Source of the DNA: Camelus ferus
Taxonomy: Eukaryota
Length of the DNA: 64,000 nucleotides
Reading direction: 5' to 3'
Assembly: GCF_009834535.1 (NCBI RefSeq)
Contig: NC_045698.1
Location: 15,068,001-15,132,000 of the forward strand
A program made the position numbers and the translations under genes. Below are positions 26,947-39,899 of the stretch, piece by piece. Below the pieces are notes generated by a model. The model made no database searches and was not told where the DNA came from. It worked only from the letters and a program-made list of their open reading frames with translations. Numbering within the stretch: the first letter of the stretch is position 1; each line of letters opens with the position of its first letter.

Positions 26947-27535
26947 TGTAGCCGACATAAGTGGCTGCCTACCTCACTTTCAATCTCCCTATTAGATTAC
27001 CAACTTTGTTCATATTTTTAATTCTCTCTCATTGGACTCGATTAAATCCTGCTTACTCTATCCTAATCATTTAAAATCTCATTGTCTCTGCCAGTGATAG
27101 ATGTAGGAAAGGTGATGAGACTATGATCCTGCCCTAAAGACAAAAAGTATATTTTATTTATGGTTATACCTGTATTCATATTCATCTTATTTGGAGAAGT
27201 CTGCTAGAAAGATTCTGGGGAAATTTTCCTCATTAAAAAAGAATACTGGCAGAAGAAGAGTTACCCACCTTTACCACTACAAGTTCTCAAGTTCACACAC
27301 ACTCTCATAACCATTTTACTCTCATCAAGGGAGAAAGCCTGAGAACAAAGGTGCTGAGGAGGGCAGGTCAGAAAATAGAGAAAAAAGCTGGCTTCTTGAT
27401 GACATCATTCAGCCACTGAATTAAGCCCCTGGGGTGTGCCTGACCTCTCGAATCTTTGCTGTATGAGGTAATACGTTTTCCTTATTGAATTGGAATTTTC
27501 TATTCTTTTTTGTGGCAAAAGAACTTCATCTAGTG
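26947..27535 (+). mobile_element. MaLR LTR (MLT1K-like)
   Basis: cttgatgacatcattcagccactgaattaagcc; MLT1-type end. Confidence 0.6.
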
Positions 27536-29159
27536 TCGTACTTACCCGCAATTCTGGTAAGATGATTTAATAAGTTAATTCACATACAGCACGTAGCAGA
27601 GAGCTTGGGACATAAAATACTTTAAAAATGAAAATTATTGCAATTGAATTTCTCCTTCCTCGCCTCTCTTCTCCTTCTTTTAGTATTAGTATTAATTGGT
27701 ACTAGTATTATTTCACTACTTCATATGGTCTAAGTCAATTAATTTCCACAATAGCAGCATCATGCATTTTTATGAAAGAAAAAAAAAAAACAAAAAAACA
27801 AGAAACACTATTAAGTAATTAGGCAACACAAAATAAACACAAATCATTTTCTGTAATTTAAGAGTCATCTTTTGGCTTTGAAGATTTCCAAATGTAAGGG
27901 ATTTTAAATGCCTGCTCAGTTTTTCAGCACTTCCTGAATTTTCTGTGACCTGAATACCTTCCTCACCCTTACACTTCATGAACATTTTTACAGTTAGACT
28001 CATACCCCTCCTTCAAGGGTAATTCATTTTACTCAATAATGACACATAATGATATAAAATTTAAGCAAATAATAAATGTGACAAAAGGATCTTGATCATT
28101 TCAAATCACGTTTCTCACTTAGAAAGAAAGGGGCTTTCCAAAATAGTGCTGGAGCAGATGAAAGAAACCTAATACTCAAAAGCAAAACTGTGTGTTACTT
28201 AAGTTATATTAAGTGAAGGCAGCAGTTTCATTTCCAAAGTAAGTTAAAGCACCTCGTGAGTTCTCATTAAGTATTCAGTCTTAACGGATTTCACTTAAAT
28301 CATAAATATGTTTTTTATTGATTTTTGATTGAAGGCCACCTTCATATTCAGAATGGTCAAAAATTCAAATAATATTTAGGAAAATTGAGCTCACATGTAG
28401 CAAGTCATTGGTGATCACTTTAATCTAAATATAAGGACTATAAACTCTCTAACTCTTAACATAAAATCAGTGGAATAAAAATAAGCAATACAAAATAGTG
28501 AAGTGACTGTTGCTTCATTTTGTAAATTAAATATACATATGACTAAATTTTTTATGGATTGACCTGGGTAAAGATACATAAAATTTAACGGAAAATTTGT
28601 CCTTGAAAACTAAAATGGAGAACAATAAAAAAAACATAATTACACGAATCTAAGTACATTTTTTTGTCGTTATGATGATAGTTGCGAATTTTCAAAGTAC
28701 AGAAATTGTTGCCCAACTATGGTTTTCTTTGTTTCAAATAGATTTTTCAAATTAAAAATTTGACTAAATTTTGCCCATAAGATCATTAGACAAAACTGAC
28801 ATCAAGATGGAAAATCATTTATTTCAAGACCCTTTGCACCAAGAGATACTCATGCATTATTACTTATGAAAGCTGATTTTCTGTAATTCACGCTACAAAA
28901 TAAAGATGGATTTGATTTAATTTGATTTAATTTAATTTAAATTATAATTTAATTTATAATAAAGTTAATTTATATTCATTGTTAGAAAATTTGGGGGCAA
29001 CAGATTAGTTTTAATGGAGTTATTTATTGTCCTAATTCATATTATTAATAATAGGATGTAAATATCCCACTGTTTTTTTAAAAAAATACTCAAAAGTTAA
29101 TGATAAGCAAATTTAAGAAGGAGGATGTTTTATCCATTCACAGTTGATTAAATAGTGCA

Positions 29160-30420
29160 TTTTGTTTTCTTTTCTTTTCAATCCTTGTCATTGTTATTTT
29201 TTATTGTTGCCCTTATGTCCTTATGCTAATAAATACAGTTTGTCTCTGCTAAATACAATATTGAAAATCAAGAAAGTAATACACTGTTCTCTTATTCTGC
29301 TTCAAGTCGAAAGTGTATGTACTGGCACAACTATTTTCCTTTCAGTTAATGTTAATTTGTGTTCTCTTTAAATTTTTTATAGCTAAGTATTTCTCTTAGT
29401 TTCCCATTGCTGCTGTAACAAGTCAACACACTCTTAGTGACTTAAAGCACCACACATTTATTATTTTACAGTTCTGGAGGTCACAGTTCAAAATGGGTCT
29501 CACTGGCTAAAGTTAAAACGTTTGCAGGGCCACATTCATTCTGCTCATTCTGGAAAGTAATCCGTTGTCCTCCCTTTCTCAGCTTCCACAGGCTCTCACA
29601 GTCCTTGGCTAATGGCCCCCTCCATGTGTAAAGCCTGAAATGAAACCTTTCTGACTTTGCTTCTGTTGTTGAGTTTCCTTTTCTGACTCTGCCACTTTTA
29701 CTTTCCTTTCTACTATTTCAAAATAAAGACCTGTGTAATTACACTGGGTTCCCCAGGTACTTGAGGAAACTCTGTTTCAAGATGGAGAGCCTCACCTAAT
29801 TGTATCTGCAATGTCTTTGCCACATAAGGTAACACTCATAGTTCTGGGAAATAGCACATATACTTCTTGGGAGGGGATATTATTCTGCTGCTATTTTATT
29901 AAACTTTTCAAAGACTAAAACTTATGGCTTTGTTATTTTTCTCGACTTTGTACCTTTGGTCTTAACTCTCACAATTATAATTTTTATCCTTCTTCTTCCT
30001 CTGGGTTGAATTTCCTTTTCCATTTTTAGAATCTTGAGATGGAGGCTTAGCTTGTTGATTTATAGAACTTTCATATTTAAATTATAAATCATTACCAAAG
30101 ACTGTTTTGCCTTAATCATACAAGTTTTGACAAGGGAAATTTCCATTTCTATCCTGTTAATAACATGCTTTTAGTTTCCATTGCATTTTTTTAACAAGTG
30201 TTAATTTAGACATACTGCTAATCCTCAAACACGTAAGATTATCTCATTACTCTTTTGAAAGAACAGTTATTTCTGTATGGTCACAGAACATATGATTCTT
30301 TGTGATTTATTAAGACTTGTTTTATAGACTCCAAAGGCTATGTATCTTACAGCAGCTAGATATAGTATTCTACAAATTCTTGTTAGGTAAGTTGGATAAT
30401 AACATACTTTAAAACTTCTT
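29160..30420 (-). mobile_element. Ancient L1 (L1ME-like) fragment, interrupted by MLT1
   Basis: ttcttcctctgggttgaattt..cttgagatggaggcttagcttgttgattt; caagttttga. Confidence 0.55.
29392..29893 (-). mobile_element. MaLR LTR (MLT1C/D-like)
   Basis: ttagtttcccattgctgctgtaacaa...ttttacagttctggaggtca...ggatattattctgc. Confidence 0.85.
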
Positions 30421-30423
30421 TAT

Positions 30424-30597
30424 CTAGAACAGATTGGTGATTACCAGAGAGAAAGTGGTTTGGTGGATAAGATATAAACTGTATGGTGATAGATGATAAT
30501 TAGATTTTTGGTGATCATTTTTGTGTATCAGGTTATAATGTTACATACCTAAAACTTATATAATATAGTATACCAATTTTACCTCAATAAAAATAAA
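30424..30597 (+). mobile_element. Short 5'-truncated L1 3' end
   Basis: gaacagattggtgattaccagag...acctcaataaaaataaa; degenerate TSD taaaacttctttat / taaagcttctgtat. Confidence 0.7.
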
Positions 30598-31099
30598 GCT
30601 TCTGTATTATTACTAATTTTTGTCTTTTTTAATTTTGAGAAAATTGTATTTAAAATATAATCATGGTTCATGTGTATTTGTCTATATATCCTGTTAATTC
30701 TGTCCATTTTTAATGTATTTGCTTTGTTGTATTGCTGGTTACTTTCTGTATTCAGCTTTTTAATCTTTAACTTTTCAAAGTGACTTAAAATTATACTAAT
30801 TAGCCATTATTATAAGTAAATTATCATTTATTGCTGTTTTGTCCTTTGTATTTTAGTGGTCATTCATTCTCCTATATGTGTTATATATCCACAATATACT
30901 TTTGTCTTTTTTTTTTTTTGCCCTAAAGAGTTAATAGTTATTTACTGTATTTTGGAAATATTATTTTACAGTTAAGTTTGCGATTTCCATATACAGTGAT
31001 CTTCATTTCTTCCTGCAGAAATGTTCATCAGTAAATTTGTGCTCATTGGTGTGGTACATGTGTTAAAATTGGGGAATATACATTGTGACAGTTAGTAAC

Positions 31100-31262
31100 T
31101 AAATTTGTATTTTAAGAGTTCACTTTCTTAGGGTTTTGCCAAAAGCTTGACATTACCACATCATGCAGAACAGTTTCACTGCCCTAAAAACCTCCCATGC
31201 TCTAGCTGTCTATCCCTCTCTTCTCCCCTCCCCAACTCTTGGCAACCATAGATTATTCTTTT
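31100..31262 (-). mobile_element. L1MC-like 3' UTR fragment
   Basis: catgcagaacagtttcactgccctaaaaacctcc; similar to 2840-2930. Confidence 0.65.
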
Positions 31263-31401
31263 TTCCATTGTGAATATGATAAATTCCAGATTTTCTCCAA
31301 ATATATTACAGCAGATTACACTCCAACACATGGAAGGCAAGCATTATTATAGTATTTTTTTTCAAATATAATCAGAGTTGATTATGCCTCTCCTACAACA
31401 T

Positions 31402-31404
31402 ATT

Positions 31405-31436
<32 letters not shown>

Positions 31437-31478
31437 TTGAAGTATAGTCAATTTACAATGTTGTGTCAATTTCTGGAG
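31402..31478 (-). mobile_element. Minimal L1 3'-end insertion with (TA)n/T tail and TSD
   Basis: aattgaagtatagtcaatttacaatgttgtgtcaatttctgg flanked by tcctacaacat / tcctacaatgt. Confidence 0.8.
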
Positions 31479-33674
31479 TCCTACAATGTTGATAATAATA
31501 AAATATCTTGTCTCTGAAACTTGCTCACCTGTATTTGGATTATAGAAGAACTGTTGAAATGGGCTACCAATCTTTCAACTCCTGTGTTGGAGAGAGCCAG
31601 CCTCCTTTTTTTTGTCTAAGGTTATTTCTTTTCCCATGGTTTCTGTGGTCTATACTCTGGGTGCCTACAAGATGCCAACATTAAGAGCTCATTCCTTACA
31701 CATTCTGTGTTCATCACCCCTGCCTCATGCTGAAAGGTAGTGCCTCCTCCCTACTCCTCAGGCAGGCCATGGAAGGATTAGACTCTGTAACCACTTACGC
31801 TAGGCTAAGTGAGGTCCTTGAGTGCCTCATGGCGGCTCTTCAGCCATAGTCTTGATGCTGTGGACCCACCAGTGTGCTTATGAGTTTTTGTGGAAATCTA
31901 CTTACCTAGAAATGACGAGATGTTTGTTTGCTTGTTTAAAACTTGAGCAACATAAAAATCTTGTTTTTTTCTGCTTAATTCCAGGGATTGACCTGGGGAT
32001 GGTTCAGTTTTTCCTTTTAGTATATTCCATAAACTAACCCATCAGCGTGCTCCATTCTCCTTCAATAGTCCTTGCTGCTTCATTTACTACTCACATGGTG
32101 AATTTATCTGAAACTTTACCTGGGAGAAGCTTGAGAAGAGTCAATTACTAGAACCATCCATAATGTCAACTACTAATAAGGGGCTATAGATACAGACATA
32201 GATACAGGTATTTATCTATCTATCTATCTATCCTCTAGAAATTTTTTTCATGATACACTAGTTGATACAACAAATGGTTAAGACTATGTAAAGGCCACTC
32301 TGTGTGTTCATATTTGTATATATTTCATAATTTTCCATGTATATGTAGATAGAAATCTACATACCAAGTTTCTACTGCATTTATCTCAATATTAAGATTA
32401 TTTTTTATACTGAAATGTTAAGATTTCATAGAATTTTTATTTCTCTATGATAATTTTCTAATTTTACCCAATATTTAATCATACAGGGGAGCATATAGTC
32501 TAATTTTCTAAGTAGTTATATCAATATTAATGCTAATTTCCAACTCTTTGTTCACCAAGTATATACATTAATAAGGTATGTGAAATTTTGAAATTCTCAT
32601 AGGAGCTTTTGGTATAGGTATTAATTTATACATGCAGGAAAATGCATGCTACACAATTGAATTAGAAACTGAAAAAAGTAAAGTGAAAAAATGTTAAATA
32701 ATATCACAATGTGAGAAGAATGCTTATATGAGTTAAGTTAAATTTTACTCACTAAAGTGTGCTACCAGAAATCTTTAGTTCCTTTTAATTGGCTGAATTG
32801 ATCAGAGGCGAGTGTTGTTGGTAATGATCTTGTAGAGAGACACTTTTAATTATTCCATAAATTACTACCATAAAGTAGATAAATTCAATCAATGTAAAGC
32901 AGTTTGGCTCTTTGTAAATAACCTTCAAATCTGAGAGAAAAGAAATTTAAAATAATGATTTGAATGTTCCTTGTCAAATAGATAAAACCAATCCACACCA
33001 CTTAAAATATAATAATTCATTTATTTAGCAAGAATTTTTCTGAGCCACTTAAATCCAAGAGCATTATAATATTTTTAATGTTTTATGATAGTGATAGTAG
33101 CAAATGAATTACTTAAAAGAAAATTTGATGATAATAAGACTGTAAGAGAAACAACTGAACATAGTAATTCTAAAAGTAAAGTAAGTAAAACATTTTGGCT
33201 ATAGTTTCTTATAGTTTGAAACATAAGATACACATATTTTCTTTCTTAATACTAAAATTTACATTTATTAGGAAGATTTCTGCTGGTATATGACAAAGTT
33301 GCTTACCTCCTTTTGAACAATATTTTTGGATATATGTTTCCTGATAAATTCCAGGATTTTAATACCAATTCCAGTTAATTAAATTAAATTTTGAGAATCT
33401 AATTTTCCATACTTAAAATTATGAATGTTTGGACATGTTGATAATATACTATGATGTATCCAAGAACAAGAAGAAAATATTAGAAGAGTAAAAGGAAAAC
33501 TTGTGAAGATAAGCTGTTATGGTGGTAACTTTAGACTGAGAAGCCAGAAAGAAAAGGAAAAAAAAATTAGCTCTGATTATATCATGTATGTCTAATTGGT
33601 AATTAGAATTTTGGTATCTTTGTGGCATGTGACTAGATTGATAATGCATGTTCAAATAGCAAGCAAGTTTATTC

Positions 33675-34005
33675 TTTATTTTTTTGTTTGTTTGCTTTTG
33701 GGTTTCTTTTTTTTTAATTGAAGTATAGTTTACTGACAATATTATATTAGTTTTGGGTATGTAACATAGTGATGCAATATTTGTATAAATTTTACTTCAT
33801 ATAAAATTATTATAAAATATGGCTATATTCCCTGTGCTGTGTCTTACATCTTTGTAACATTCATTTTCTATGTAGTAGTTCCTACCTCTAATTCACTTCA
33901 CCTGTTTTACCCTTTCCCCCACCCCTCTCCCCACTAATAAACACTAGTTCTCTGTATTTGTAAGTCTGTTTCTGTTTGTTATATTTGTTCATTTGTTTTG
34001 TATTG
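33675..34005 (-). mobile_element. Cetartiodactyl-type L1 3' UTR
   Basis: ttttaattgaagtatagttt...ggctatattccctgtgctgt...gtctgtttctgttt. Confidence 0.8.
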
Positions 34006-34395
34006 CTTATGCTAATGGAAATATTCGTGATTAACTAATTCTTCCCATGCATTAATCGTATAAAAAAGAAAGCTCAAAAGAATTTGATACTAAGTATCAT
34101 ACTTAATTACAATATGATAAAATCAGCAGTCTGAACTGTGAAAATAGTGATTTGCTTACAGACGCTAAAAATTTATTATAAAGCAGTTCCACCAGTAATT
34201 TTCCACCATATCCAAAGATAATGAAGCTCTTAAGAGAATCTAACAGGCAATCTAGAAATAACAGTAGCTAATACTAACGCCAAGCTACTTAGAGAAGTAG
34301 GATGGTAAGCTATGAGAGAATTCATATTTCCTCCTCTAAAAATGTCTGAATTCTCCAACATATGATTTATTTTTATAAGATATTAAAAAGACATA

Positions 34396-34512
34396 TTTTT
34401 TAAAATTGAGATATAACTGACATTTAACATTGTATTAGTTCCAGGTGTATGACATAATGGTTCAATATATGTATACATTGAGTAATGATCAGCACAATAA
34501 GTCTAGTTAACA
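34396..34512 (-). mobile_element. Short L1 3' end
   Basis: aattgagatataactgacatttaacattgtattagtt...aataagtctagttaaca. Confidence 0.7.
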
Positions 34513-37500
34513 AAAATGAGTTGGTTCATTGTAATGAATAGATCATGATAATTTCTGTCTCATAGTAAGAAGCCAAGGGATACTGGAAAACTGTGATGGT
34601 ATAAGTAATAACCTAGGGTAATTAATTTGGACAAAATATTGGTACCAGCCCAATAATTCATCAGAATAAAATTGGTTGGGGCCATGAGTGTCTTATCATA
34701 AGCAGTGATAAATCAAATTAATAATAAAAATGTATAAGACTTTGTAAGTCTTCTTGACTGTTCACATGTAGACATGCAGTTAGTCTCAATACACAAAACG
34801 GCTCTCTCCTACCCTCTCTCCCTGGAATGAATCTGAATAGAATATAGAAGTAAAACTATCCCAGAATCTTACAAAGGAGTGTACCCCAAGGGGTACTGTT
34901 TATCACCATATAATTGCATGTTGATACGGAAAGTACTTTGGAAAGATCAGGTATACAGATGCCTGCAATATTGAGTGTCTCTCAGAAGTACCCAATACTA
35001 GGATTTCAGACAGGCTACATGCCACTGCAGCTACATACACACTCTTCAAAAAAAGAAAAGAAAAATGGTGACCTTTCACTTGGCTTTAGAGGAGAGAGCA
35101 TATTGAAAGAGACCATACTTTTTTTGACCTAAAAATACCTATTATGTCATTGGTAATGTTTGAGATATTTATATCAATCTGAGCTTGCTCAGAAAGTGGA
35201 AACTGCATATACCAGAGGAAACTACTGGTGATAACTCTGGAAGAATATATTATATCCGTGAGCAGTTTGTACTGGTTCTGGGACAAATGACAAAATTAGA
35301 AAGACTGATAGCTTTAATGATGAATGATATGAACTTTAGAACTGTCTCTCTTCTAAAGCAAAGCAAGCAGCCTAATGACTAATGGGAGTTCCAAATTGGG
35401 TTAAGAAAGCAGTTTGGAATTATGCAGCCATTCACCCCGCAGATGATAAAGCATCAGTTGAAGAAGTCAAGGGCAAGAAGATAGAAAAGGCAGAATTAAG
35501 GCAATATATGTGATAATGAACTAAGAACCGGATACTCTTTGTGCACACAGGAACTCTTGGGTCCTGCTGACTCTCGAGAGCATCGTTCTATGTTCAGCCG
35601 TTTGGGCCAATGATAGTACCCAGCAGATCTGCTCAACAAGGACTGTAGATCAGCCATGGCAGCTGTAGGTCGGATTAAAAAAGTCTCGTATCCTCACTGT
35701 ACTTTAGAAGAAGGCCTTTGCTTGATGGAATCATGCAAAGTAACTTAATGCTCTTGGATTTTAATATGTCGAGAAAATTCTTGCTAAACAAATTAATTAT
35801 TATAGTAGTTTGTCAACCCCTGCCCTAGATGACTGGATTCTAGCAATTGCCTTGTATTGTTAATGCAATTGTAAAATTCCATATGGAAATTTCAAGAAAG
35901 AATTAAAGTGGGTCATGTGGCCAATAACTAGTTCCTAGTTCAGAAAATGGTTAACATGCTAAGACTGATGCCTTGTTTAGGTAATGGGGGGACCTACTTG
36001 AAAAAAGCAGCAACAGATACGTTTAAAGTTTACAGGAAAAGGTCACATACCTCTGTCATCTGCCAAAGCTGCTAATGTAATGAATGTCTGTATGAAATAT
36101 CAACAGAATACATATATTTGAGTATGATTCTCTGAGAACAATTTCCTCCACCTAGCTGAGAGTTATATTATACAGCACCCTAACCAAGAAAGCCAAGTGG
36201 CTTGAAATAGATCCTGCCTGTAATAGATATGCAATCCATTTTGGATTCTGCTTACTTTTTAGCTGAATCAACAGCATAGAAACCTATTAAGAGCGTGGAA
36301 AAAAAGTATTTTGTAGCAATTTGTTCTCCCCAGCTATATCCTCCTCTATATTATAAAAAATAGGAATACAGTTTCCTGCTGCCAATATTCTAAACTGTTC
36401 CATAAAGCACTATATCATATGGATGTATGCTGTCTTTTATGGCCTGCAAGTTATTTGTTTGAGAACTGGGACAGAAAACTCACTATCTGTTAATAGAAAT
36501 TGGAAAACAATACATATAAAATGTGTTAGCTGGCACCGATGGATAAGTTTGTTCTTCATCTGAATGTGAGGGTGAAAAAGGGGACCCATTTGAAAAGGTT
36601 TATGGGGATGGAGTTCTTAGAATGAAGGGGTATAGGACCACATGATCAGCCTTTCTGTTTTTCCCAAGGTACACATTATTCCATTCTCTTGGAACAGAGC
36701 GTGTCCAGGATTGCTTTGTGTGACCTGGCAGAGTGAAGCACTGGTGTTTACAGCACTTTTGCAGTGTCTCTAATCTTGCCTGTGAATTGTCTAAAGTAAA
36801 ATGAGCTGGAGTGTAATTTTATCTTATTGGCTAAACTAGAACCAAATAATGGTAAGTAGTGACAACTAACTAATTACAGAGATGGCCCCATCATCCTTTA
36901 TCTCCTTACTGAGAAAAGGCCATATAAGAAGATGCAGGCATTCCAGTTGTGCTACCTGAACTGGGGATGGGCAGCATGGCTGAAGTCATTTTGGTTACTA
37001 ATTCTGGGTTGAGATCGGTTATAAGCTGAAAGTAGGAAAGGGGAAAATTCTGGCAGTTGATCATGAAGCATGTAAAAAAGAAATTTTGCTGTAGAAAATA
37101 CCCTCACTTTTTTTTTTCTCACCGTACTATCTTAGAGAGGAATAATATATCTTGTTGCTACTCTCAGATGTGATGCCAAGACACAGCTGCTGCTGAGAAA
37201 GGTCTAAGGTTTGATTTCCTTTAAGAAGAATAATTATACATAAGCCACTTACAAGAATTTTTCAAGGCCCCTGTGTATGTGATTTAGAGAAATGACACTA
37301 ACTAGCATCATTTAATCATCAGTCTCAGTAACTACTGTTTGATATTACTGATTGGGTTAATTTTTTGGTTATGCTTACTATATTCTTCCAAAGACTTGAA
37401 AGCATGATTACTTTTGAATCAGGAGGGGCATTTTGATGCTGTCAGTGGTTAAGCTAATACACTGGGTTGTTGTGAACCAGGATGACACATTGTTAAGGCA

Positions 37501-38744
37501 AGTATCTGAATATGAAGGGACACACATCACTGCTGCTTTTTGGTGCAGCAGCCCCTCTACTGCTCCTTTAACTACTCTGGATGAAAAATGGGGTTGGACC
37601 ACTACACAAGCCAGCATGGGGTCTGCGTAGGTGAACTGGTATGGCATGGTGGCCAAATATCTCTAACTTTTCACACCAACTACTCAAGAAGGACAATTTT
37701 GAGAAACCTTATGACATACTCAGATGTAACTCTGCTGATTGGTAAAATATTCTCAACTAATAACATCTCAGAGGACACAACATTGTTGGCACATTCAAAA
37801 CACTTTGATAATATTTAGGCCTCATAATGCAGGGGTGACATTATTTGAGGTGGCAAAACCAACACTGGTCCAAGGTCTTAGGGATCTTATAATTTAGTGT
37901 GTTAGTGAAGGGTAGATTATTTTTCTGGACATTTACTAAAAGGCTGAGAAGATCTTATTAAACCAGTTAAGGACACTAGAGAAAGTTTTATAGGAGTGTA
38001 GAAGAACATGGCATTGGCCAAGTACCAAACTAAGCTGTTTATAACACTAAAAAATACAAAAAAAATATATATTAGAAGGACAACTAGCAATCTTAGCCAC
38101 CAGTGCCAAGTCTTTAAAAGGCTTAGAAAAGGAATTTTGGTGCAAATACCATTTAACTTAGGTGTTGAAGGATAAGTAGAAATTAAGACATCAAACATGG
38201 GGAAATTCATGTCAAATAAGCTGCATTAAAAAAAAAGTATAAATTTTAAAATGATATTGAAAATGTAAGACATGCTGAACACCTTTGTTTTCATTATCAA
38301 GTTAACTCGAAAACAAGTTCTCACTCACTGAGGTACACAAGAAGTATTCCATTTTACGATTTGCTGAAGTCATTCATCACATCCCGTCCCAATAACCTGG
38401 ACATGCTTTAGCTTCTGATATATTTTGCTGTACAGTTTTCCACAAACCAGATCCATTCTCTCACCATCTCCATAGAATTGTCCCAAGGAGCAAATGTACT
38501 TTCTTGAGGTAAAAGAAGGCATAAAATAATTGTCATTGACTGGCAATCATCTGAGAGCTGGAATAGAGAATGAATTTCTCAAGGATTACTCTATCATATT
38601 AAATATTTAATAATTGATTATAATGCATATTATGCATAAACAAAGACAGGATCATAAAAGCCTGAAGGAATACCCAGATAAAAATTTCAATAGAAAATGT
38701 GTAGGAAGAACTAAAGGCTGGGTCTCCAATGTATAATATTGACA

Positions 38745-38950
38745 AATGTTATTTTATATATACTTATATGTTATATAATATATATATTATATATTTTATA
38801 TATATAATATATATTTTATATTTATATATATATATACTGTGTATATCTTTATGATATATGTGTATATTATGTATCATTAATATCAATATATCAATGTGTT
38901 ATATGTATTGCATATATAAATGTATGAATATATACATATGTGCATACATG
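38745..38950. repeat. (TA)-rich low-complexity tract
   Basis: Direct reading. Confidence 0.85.
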
Positions 38951-39134
38951 AGAAGTAAAGTAAAATAGATGACTGTACCAGAAAGCTCAACATCCAAAAG
39001 AAAAAAGCAGAAAATACTTGATTTTCAATCTTTTTTTCCTCTCTCCCGCTATTTTTTAAAAAAATTCTGGTATCACATATTTTGCTTTATCAGCTATGTG
39101 TGTGCCTCTGTGTGTGTGTGCTTGTTTTCTTGTG

Positions 39135-39697
39135 GATACTATTTATTGCTATGTAAAAAGTCATCCCAGTACTTGTCAACATAAACCAACACATTCTTAT
39201 TCTCTCTATTACCTCCCAGTTCCTGTGGGTCTGGACTCTGGGCGTGACTTGACTGGGTCTTGAGTCTGGAAATGGCTCAGCTTCAGAGTCTCTCCCAAGA
39301 GGGAAATCTAGATCTTGTCCACGGCTGGGGTCTGGCAGTTTAACTAGGGACATTCTCACTTCTAATTCACGTTCATGGTTGTTGGCAGGCTACTGTTCCT
39401 CAAGAACTATTGGACTAAGAGCCTTAGTTTCGTGCTGGCTGTTGCCAGAGGCTGCCACTCAGTTTCCTGGCACAAGGGCCACTCCAACAAGATAGGTTGC
39501 TTCAAACAAAGCTTGTACATTAAGTAATAGAGGGAGTCTGACATCGAGATGAAAATAATTTAATCACCGACGTGGCATCTCCCTTAAAATTTTCCTCTTT
39601 TGTTTTTCAGAAGCAAGTTATTCAACAAGAGAGATTTACACAAGGTCATGAATACCAGGGGCAGGGGTAGGGACAGTCTTGGAGGCTGCATAACACA
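39135..39697 (-). mobile_element. MaLR LTR (MLT1F-like)
   Basis: ttattgctatgtaaaaa..; cacaaggtcatgaataccagg..gtcttggaggctgcataacaca. Confidence 0.75.
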
Positions 39698-39899
39698 GGT
39701 TGAAAATATGTGAGCTGAGTTCTCTTGTTACGTAGATTCCCCTTGAAGGCTTGGTTTGATTTTCCTGATTTTTGTTTTGTTCTGTTTTGATTTGTCTTAT
39801 ACCTTTACTTTCTAAAATTGACTATTTAAAATTTAATTTAATTTTCTTTTTCACAACAGCCTTTTACTTCCTGGCTGCATGCTCATTTAAAAACTTTGT

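Noticed and set aside
28224..28235. ISRE/EICE-like motif agtttcatttcc
   Set aside because: A single short motif is expected by chance in 64 kb; no supporting context.
34881..34896. Isolated short inverted repeats (gtaccccaaggggtac; also 6431-6447 and 15122-15140)
   Set aside because: Arms of 7-8 bp occur by chance at this window size; no associated structure.
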